A DNA stretch of 32,000 nucleotides from the NCBI GenBank assembly GCA_049942765.1, contig CP188086.1, positions 360,001-392,000 on the forward strand, in the 5' to 3' direction. Made by a program: the position numbers and the translations under genes. The notes beneath the pieces were generated by a model, which was given only the letters and a program-made list of their open reading frames with translations, searched no databases and was not told where the DNA came from. Positions 26,638 through 32,000 of the stretch are shown here, piece by piece. This DNA is from Candidatus Saccharimonadota bacterium (GTDB lineage: Bacteria; Pseudomonadota; Gammaproteobacteria; Enterobacterales; Enterobacteriaceae). The number at the start of each line of letters is the position of its first letter. The stretch's first letter is position 1.

Positions 26638-28086
26638 TTATAAATGCAATACTAAATATAATTGATGATTCCTACGTTTAAGATGAAAAGCTAAAATTTT
26701 TAATTTCCTTTCAAAAAATCTCTTAAAATCTTTTAAATTAGTAATTGAACATTTATTAATACTTATAATAATATCATTATTCTTAAAACCAACTTTATAT
26801 GCATTACTATTTTTAATTATATGATATACTTTAACATTTTTATGACCATAATTGTCATTATAATTAACAAAATAAGCACCTTTTAACATCTTGCAACCAG
26901 TAAAAAAACTCACTTTATGATTAAAATTATCAGTTAATAAAACCAAAATATTATGAACTACATTATGTCTTAATATTCCTAAACTAATTTTAGTATTGAT
27001 AGGAAATGAACTAATTTCTGCACGAAACGTAGGAAAATTAGAAACAAATTTCTTATTTATAGAAATAATTATATCACCCGACTTAACCCCAGCCTTAGCA
27101 GCTGACGATTTAGGTTTTACTCGATTAACAAATATACCATGATGAGCCTTAAGTTTCATTGCTCGTGCTAATTCCGAATTTAATTCAGTACCTATTATAC
27201 CTAATTCCCCTCTTTTAACTTCTCCATACTCTATAATTTGTGTAATTATATTTTTTACCATATTACTAGGAATAGCAAAACCAATACCAATGTTACCACC
27301 ATCTGGAGCTAATATAGCTGTGTTAATACCAATTAATTCACCTTTTAAATTTACCAAAGCTCCGCCAGAATTACCACGATTAATAGCAGCATCTGTTTGA
27401 ATAAAATTTTCATAATTTTCTAAACGTAACCCACTACGACCTAACGCAGAAACAACACCAGCAGTAACTGACTCACCTAATCCATAAGGATTACCAATTG
27501 CTACAGTATAATCACCTACTTGAATTAAATCTGAATTAGCAAGAGTAATAGCAGTTAAATTACTTACAGATGTTAATTGTAACACAGCAATATCAGAACG
27601 AACATCTCTACCTATCACTTTAGCTTGAAGTTGCCTACCATCACTTAAATATACTTGTATATTATTTGCATGTTCTACTACATGATTATTCGTTACAATA
27701 TAACCATGTTCAGAGTTAATAATTACTCCTGATCCTAATGAATGAAACGTTTTACTTTTCGAATAATGATAATTAGATATCTGATGATAACATTTAAGAG
27801 ATAAATGATGAATATATTGATGATTAGAACAAGAATTTGTTAAAGAAAAGGGGCTTAATCCATCAAAAAAATAACTAGTATGTTTAGGATATGATATCCC
27901 TTCAACATTTATACTAACAACAGCAGGTATAATTTTTTTCAACATTGGAGCTAAACTAGGAATAGAATTAAATGTCACAGAATTTTCTAAAGCAAAACTC
28001 TGTGGAATATTTAAAAATATTAACAATGTTATTGTTAATAAAATTTTTAATATCATATTAATTTTTTTCATAAATCTATTTCTCAA
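26638..28086 (-). CDS. degP: periplasmic serine endoprotease/chaperone DegP (HtrA)
   Basis: 482 aa. It has a signal peptide and the PSLAPMLKKIIPAVVSINVEG segment. The catalytic triad contexts are TNNHVV (His), RSDIAVLQL (Asp) and GNSGGALVN (Ser), and two PDZ regions follow. It is colinear with E. coli DegP. Met6 (28071) is an alternative start. Confidence 0.93.
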   Translation of the reverse strand: MRNRFMKKINMILKILLTITLLIFLNIPQSFALENSVTFNSIPSLAPMLKKIIPAVVSINVEGISYPKHTSYFFDGLSPFSLTNSCSNHQYIHHLSLKCYHQISNYHYSKSKTFHSLGSGVIINSEHGYIVTNNHVVEHANNIQVYLSDGRQLQAKVIGRDVRSDIAVLQLTSVSNLTAITLANSDLIQVGDYTVAIGNPYGLGESVTAGVVSALGRSGLRLENYENFIQTDAAINRGNSGGALVNLKGELIGINTAILAPDGGNIGIGFAIPSNMVKNIITQIIEYGEVKRGELGIIGTELNSELARAMKLKAHHGIFVNRVKPKSSAAKAGVKSGDIIISINKKFVSNFPTFRAEISSFPINTKISLGILRHNVVHNILVLLTDNFNHKVSFFTGCKMLKGAYFVNYNDNYGHKNVKVYHIIKNSNAYKVGFKNNDIIISINKCSITNLKDFKRFFERKLKILAFHLKRRNHQLYLVLHL

Positions 28087-28435
28087 TTAACATACTATAT
28101 AGAAAATTAAATATTTTTAATAATAGTATACAATAAAAAAATATTGTATACTTCATTCTTCTATTAATACAATAAACTGTAATTGCTAATATTATATTAA
28201 TAATGCTATGAAATAAAATTATCCAGATATTACATATAATATACAATTGAAAACGAAATAAATCATAAATTAACTTTTTACTATACTCATAACATTATGA
28301 GTATTACAAAATAATTGAAAAAATAAATATATCCATCTATTATAAAAATAATAATATTCAAGATTAAAAATATAGTCATTTATACACTGATATTATTAAT
28401 TAAACATATTAATTTCTTAATAACATAATAAATTC

Positions 28436-29470
28436 ATGCTCAAAACTACTAATTTTAATCTCATAATTTTCATTATATTCTTAACATACAATATAAATTC
28501 GTTAAACATCAAAGATAACCACATTAAATACTTTACATTATGTGGAACCACTATGGGTACTTCTTGGAAAATTATAATTTCAGATAACCACATAAAAAAA
28601 AAATTAAAATTTATCAAAAAAAATGTTCAACATATATTAAATAAATGTGAAAAAAAAATATCATCTTGGAATGTTTCATCATTTGTATCAACTTTTGATA
28701 AATACAAAATTAACCAACCTAAATTAATTGACAAAGATATAGAAAAAATACTATCTATAAGTATAAATATTGGAAAAAAAACTCATAATGCTCTTGATAT
28801 TACTATTGGAAAATTAATTAATATATGGGGATTTGGAACAACAATACAACCTATACATTATCCTTCAAAAAAAATTATTCAAGAAACAAAATTAAATACA
28901 GGTTTGAATAATATTCAATTAATTAAAAATACATTCGGTACATACGTTCAAAAAAAAAATAATGCTATTAAAATTAATTTATCTACGATAGGAGAAGGTT
29001 ATGCTGCTGATCAAGTGCGTCATTTTTTAAAAAATGTAACACAAAACTATATAATTTCTATCGGAGGAGTGGTTATTGGAAATAATACAAATAAAAAAAA
29101 ATATATAGATGTTAATATATTGTTACCAATTAAAAACAAAAATATAATTCATAGAACTATACATTTAACAAAAGATAAAGCCATTAGCACATCCGGAGTT
29201 TATAGAAACTACTATTACTTACATAATAAATATATCTCACATTTAATTAATCCTATTACTGGAAAACCGATTAATAACAATTTACTATCTGTAAGCGTGA
29301 TATCTAATTCTGCATTAATTGCTGATACATGGGATACTGCTTTAATGATATTAGGTTTTCAAGAAGCTAAAAAAATATCTATTTTAGAAAAACTTCCTGT
29401 TTACATTATAAGAAAAGAAAAAAAAAATATAATTATATGGTATTCCCCTCAATTCAAACAATTTTTATAG
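28436..29470 (+). CDS. apbE: FAD:protein FMN transferase (ApbE family)
   Basis: 344 aa with a hydrophobic N-terminus. ApbE-family signatures are present: GTTMGTSWKI near the N-terminus, the central ST.GEGYAAD, TSG.Y.. and L.NPITGKP, and a late SV....A..AD.W.TAL segment. The length is similar to E. coli ApbE. Confidence 0.82.
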   Translation: MLKTTNFNLIIFIIFLTYNINSLNIKDNHIKYFTLCGTTMGTSWKIIISDNHIKKKLKFIKKNVQHILNKCEKKISSWNVSSFVSTFDKYKINQPKLIDKDIEKILSISINIGKKTHNALDITIGKLINIWGFGTTIQPIHYPSKKIIQETKLNTGLNNIQLIKNTFGTYVQKKNNAIKINLSTIGEGYAADQVRHFLKNVTQNYIISIGGVVIGNNTNKKKYIDVNILLPIKNKNIIHRTIHLTKDKAISTSGVYRNYYYLHNKYISHLINPITGKPINNNLLSVSVISNSALIADTWDTALMILGFQEAKKISILEKLPVYIIRKEKKNIIIWYSPQFKQFL

Positions 29471-29754
29471 AATTCCATATTCTATTATGGGCAATCAACA
29501 TGCACTATAGTACATTACTATGTATAATATATACATATTTAATTTAATTAAAATTACTATTTTTAACAACAAATACTATGTTATATTTTAAATAATAAAA
29601 CAATAGTTAAACTCTGTTTAATTTTTTAAAATAATTATCACTTATTTACATTTATAAAAAATCAATTAAAATTAAATCGTTAATTATATATACATACCGA
29701 ATATGTTTTTAAAATCTATAACGTCTCATTTTTTTATTATAAGGTACTTCTAAA

Positions 29755-31476
29755 ATGACATTATTATCAGGTGCTGAAATGGTAATTCAATCTTTAATTG
29801 ACGAAGGAGTGAATCATATATTTGGATATCCCGGTGGAGCCGTCTTAGACATCTATGATGCATTAAAAACCATAGGAGGCATAAAACATATTTTAGTTAG
29901 ACACGAACAAGGTGCCACTCATATGGCTGATGGATATGCACGTGCAACAGGAAAAATAGGAGTTGTATTAGTAACATCAGGCCCTGGTGCTACAAACGCC
30001 ATAACCGGTATAGCTACAGCATATATGGACTCTATACCTATGATAATCATATCTGGACAAGTAGCTTCATCTCTAATTGGATTTGATGCATTTCAAGAAT
30101 GCGATATGATAGGTATATCTAGACCAATAGTTAAACATAGTTTTTTAGTTAAAAAAACTGAAAACATACCCATTACCTTCAAGAAAGCATTTTGGCTTGC
30201 TAAAAATGGTCGTCCAGGACCAATTGTCATTGATCTACCAAAAGATATCCTCACTTCTACAAATAAAAAACATTATTCTTACCCAACAAAAATATATATT
30301 AGATCTTATAATCCAACTAAAAAGGGGCATCAAGAACAAATTAAACGTGCAATACATGCATTGATAAATTCACAAAAACCAGTTATATATGCTGGAGGCG
30401 GTATAATCAGTTCTAATAGTCATAATGAATTAAAAATTATTGCTGAAATGTTAAAAATACCTGTTACCACATCTTTAATGGGTTTAGGAGCATTTCCAGG
30501 AACCCACATACAAAATTTATCTATGTTAGGGATGCATGGAACATATGAAGCTAATATGACTATGCATCACGCAGATTTAATTTTTGCTATTGGTGTTCGT
30601 TTTGACGACAGAACTACCAATAATTTAGAAAAATACTGTCCTTATGCTAAAATATTACATATAGATATCGATCCCACTTCAATATCTAAAACTATTAAAG
30701 CCGATATTCCTATAGTAGGTGATTCAAAATATATTCTTAAAGAAATGATTAGTCTCTTAAATATACAAAAAGAAAAAATAAAAACAATAAATATTGAAAA
30801 TTGGTGGAAATCTATCAATCAATGGAAACAAATTAATTGTTTGTCATATAAAAAAAATAATACATTTATTAAACCACAAACTGTTATTGAAAAAATTTGG
30901 GTTCTTACCCAAGGGAAAGCTTATATAACATCAGACGTAGGACAACACCAGATGTTTACAGCATTATATTATCCATTTGATCAACCTAAAAAATGGATTA
31001 ATTCAGGAGGGTTAGGTACTATGGGATATGGATTACCTGCTGCATTAGGTGTTAAACTAGCATTTCCTAACGAAATAGTTATTTGTATCACAGGTGATGG
31101 CAGTATCCAAATGAATATACAAGAACTATCTACAGCAAAACAATATAAATTACCTATACTGATTATAAACTTAAACAATCAATCCCTTGGAATGGTAAAG
31201 CAATGGCAAGATTTAATTTATGAAGGTAGACATTCTCATTCATATATGAAATCCTTACCTAATTTTGTGCAATTATCAGAAGCATATGGACATATAGGAA
31301 TGTCTATTACATCACCAAATAAACTTGAAGAATCATTAAGATTAGCATTACATTACGTATCTCAACAACATTTAGTATTTATAGATGTCATCATTGATCC
31401 AAATGAACATGTATATCCAATGCAAATTAAAGGTGGTGGTATGAATGATATGTTATTAAGGAATCAAAAAGGATAA
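29755..31476 (+). CDS. ilvI: acetolactate synthase III, large (catalytic) subunit
   Basis: 573 aa. Conserved segments are [60 protein letters not shown], and the ThDP motif [13 protein letters not shown]...A.P......I.GDGS.QMN.QEL. Confidence 0.95.
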   Translation: MTLLSGAEMVIQSLIDEGVNHIFGYPGGAVLDIYDALKTIGGIKHILVRHEQGATHMADGYARATGKIGVVLVTSGPGATNAITGIATAYMDSIPMIIISGQVASSLIGFDAFQECDMIGISRPIVKHSFLVKKTENIPITFKKAFWLAKNGRPGPIVIDLPKDILTSTNKKHYSYPTKIYIRSYNPTKKGHQEQIKRAIHALINSQKPVIYAGGGIISSNSHNELKIIAEMLKIPVTTSLMGLGAFPGTHIQNLSMLGMHGTYEANMTMHHADLIFAIGVRFDDRTTNNLEKYCPYAKILHIDIDPTSISKTIKADIPIVGDSKYILKEMISLLNIQKEKIKTINIENWWKSINQWKQINCLSYKKNNTFIKPQTVIEKIWVLTQGKAYITSDVGQHQMFTALYYPFDQPKKWINSGGLGTMGYGLPAALGVKLAFPNEIVICITGDGSIQMNIQELSTAKQYKLPILIINLNNQSLGMVKQWQDLIYEGRHSHSYMKSLPNFVQLSEAYGHIGMSITSPNKLEESLRLALHYVSQQHLVFIDVIIDPNEHVYPMQIKGGGMNDMLLRNQKG

Positions 31477-31481
31477 GTACA

Positions 31482-31958
31482 TTGAAAACTATACTTTCAA
31501 TTTTATTAGAAAATGAATCAGGCGCTCTATCAAGAATAATAGGATTATTTTCACAACGTGATTACAATATTGAAAGTCTTACTGTAGCACCAACTGACGA
31601 TCCCACCATTTCCAGGATGACTATTCAAACTATAGGAGAAAAAAAAGTTATTGAACAAATTGAAAAACAACTACATAAATTAATTGATGTACTAAAAGTA
31701 ACAAACATGAATAAATTTATACATCTTAAAAAAGAAATCATGTTAATAAAAATTCATGTTAATAAAAAAATAAAATCAGAAATTTATCAAAATACTACAA
31801 TTTTTAAGGGAAAAATAATAGACATCACATTAGATACTTATATAATCCAATTATCAGGTTCTAGTAATACATTAGATACATTTGTTAAATTAATAAAAAA
31901 TACTACACAAATTATTGAAATAGTACGATCTGGAGTTATAGGAATTTCAAAAAAATAA
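31482..31958 (+). CDS. ilvH: acetolactate synthase III, small (regulatory) subunit
   Basis: 158 aa. The segment ILSILLENESGALSRIIGLFSQRDYNIESLTVAPTDDPTISRMTIQT.GE.KVIEQIEKQLHKLIDVLKV is nearly identical to the E. coli IlvH ACT domain. The start codon is TTG at 31482, 5 nt after the ilvI stop, with AAGGA 9 nt upstream. Confidence 0.93.
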   Translation: MKTILSILLENESGALSRIIGLFSQRDYNIESLTVAPTDDPTISRMTIQTIGEKKVIEQIEKQLHKLIDVLKVTNMNKFIHLKKEIMLIKIHVNKKIKSEIYQNTTIFKGKIIDITLDTYIIQLSGSSNTLDTFVKLIKNTTQIIEIVRSGVIGISKK

Positions 31959-32000
31959 TACATATATAATGTATAATAATACCATTAAATTACATAATAA

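Noticed and set aside
28417-28617. 66-aa - strand ORF overlapping the apbE start
   Set aside because: It is antisense to the conserved ApbE N-terminus, has low-complexity composition, and has no supporting signal.

Overview
This window is a gene-dense, extremely AT-rich chromosomal segment. G+C looks like roughly 20% by eye, and 33 of 300 nt (11%) in spacer lines I counted by hand. It appears to come from a reduced-genome, Enterobacterales-derived obligate insect endosymbiont. The protein sequences and gene order match what I recall for Buchnera aphidicola; this is from memory, not a database hit. The order is gpt, tRNA-Asp, dnaQ, rnhA, gloB, tRNA-Ala, tRNA-Ile, 16S rRNA, argS, flhA, flhB, proS, dnaE, fabZ, bamA, frr, pyrH, tsf, rpsB, map, dapD, degP, apbE, ilvI, ilvH. 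I call 21 protein genes, all with clear E. coli orthologues, plus 3 tRNAs, one 16S rRNA with its leader elements, and a few hairpins. I found no mobile element, CRISPR array, prophage, toxin-antitoxin or defence-like cassette, and no unassigned long ORF. I therefore do not think this window holds a novel multi-gene system. The points worth a second look are signs of genome erosion. (1) A 1.7-kb ORF-free spacer lies where dxr-ispU-cdsA-rseP sit in free-living relatives. (2) dnaE stops about 80 codons before the E. coli C-terminus, which removes the tau-binding domain, and is followed by a spacer of matching size. (3) The proS editing (INS) domain is kept in length but looks degenerate. (4) The 16S-tRNA-tRNA unit has no 23S, carries a conserved boxA and a 20-bp processing stem, and ends 6 nt from convergent gloB. 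(5) The tRNA genes do not encode CCA. (6) An isolated flhBA export-gate pair and an orphan fabZ remain after loss of the surrounding flagellar and lipid A genes. (7) Several intact genes contain slippage-prone A10/T10 tracts. (8) Non-coding DNA shows a strong strand asymmetry.
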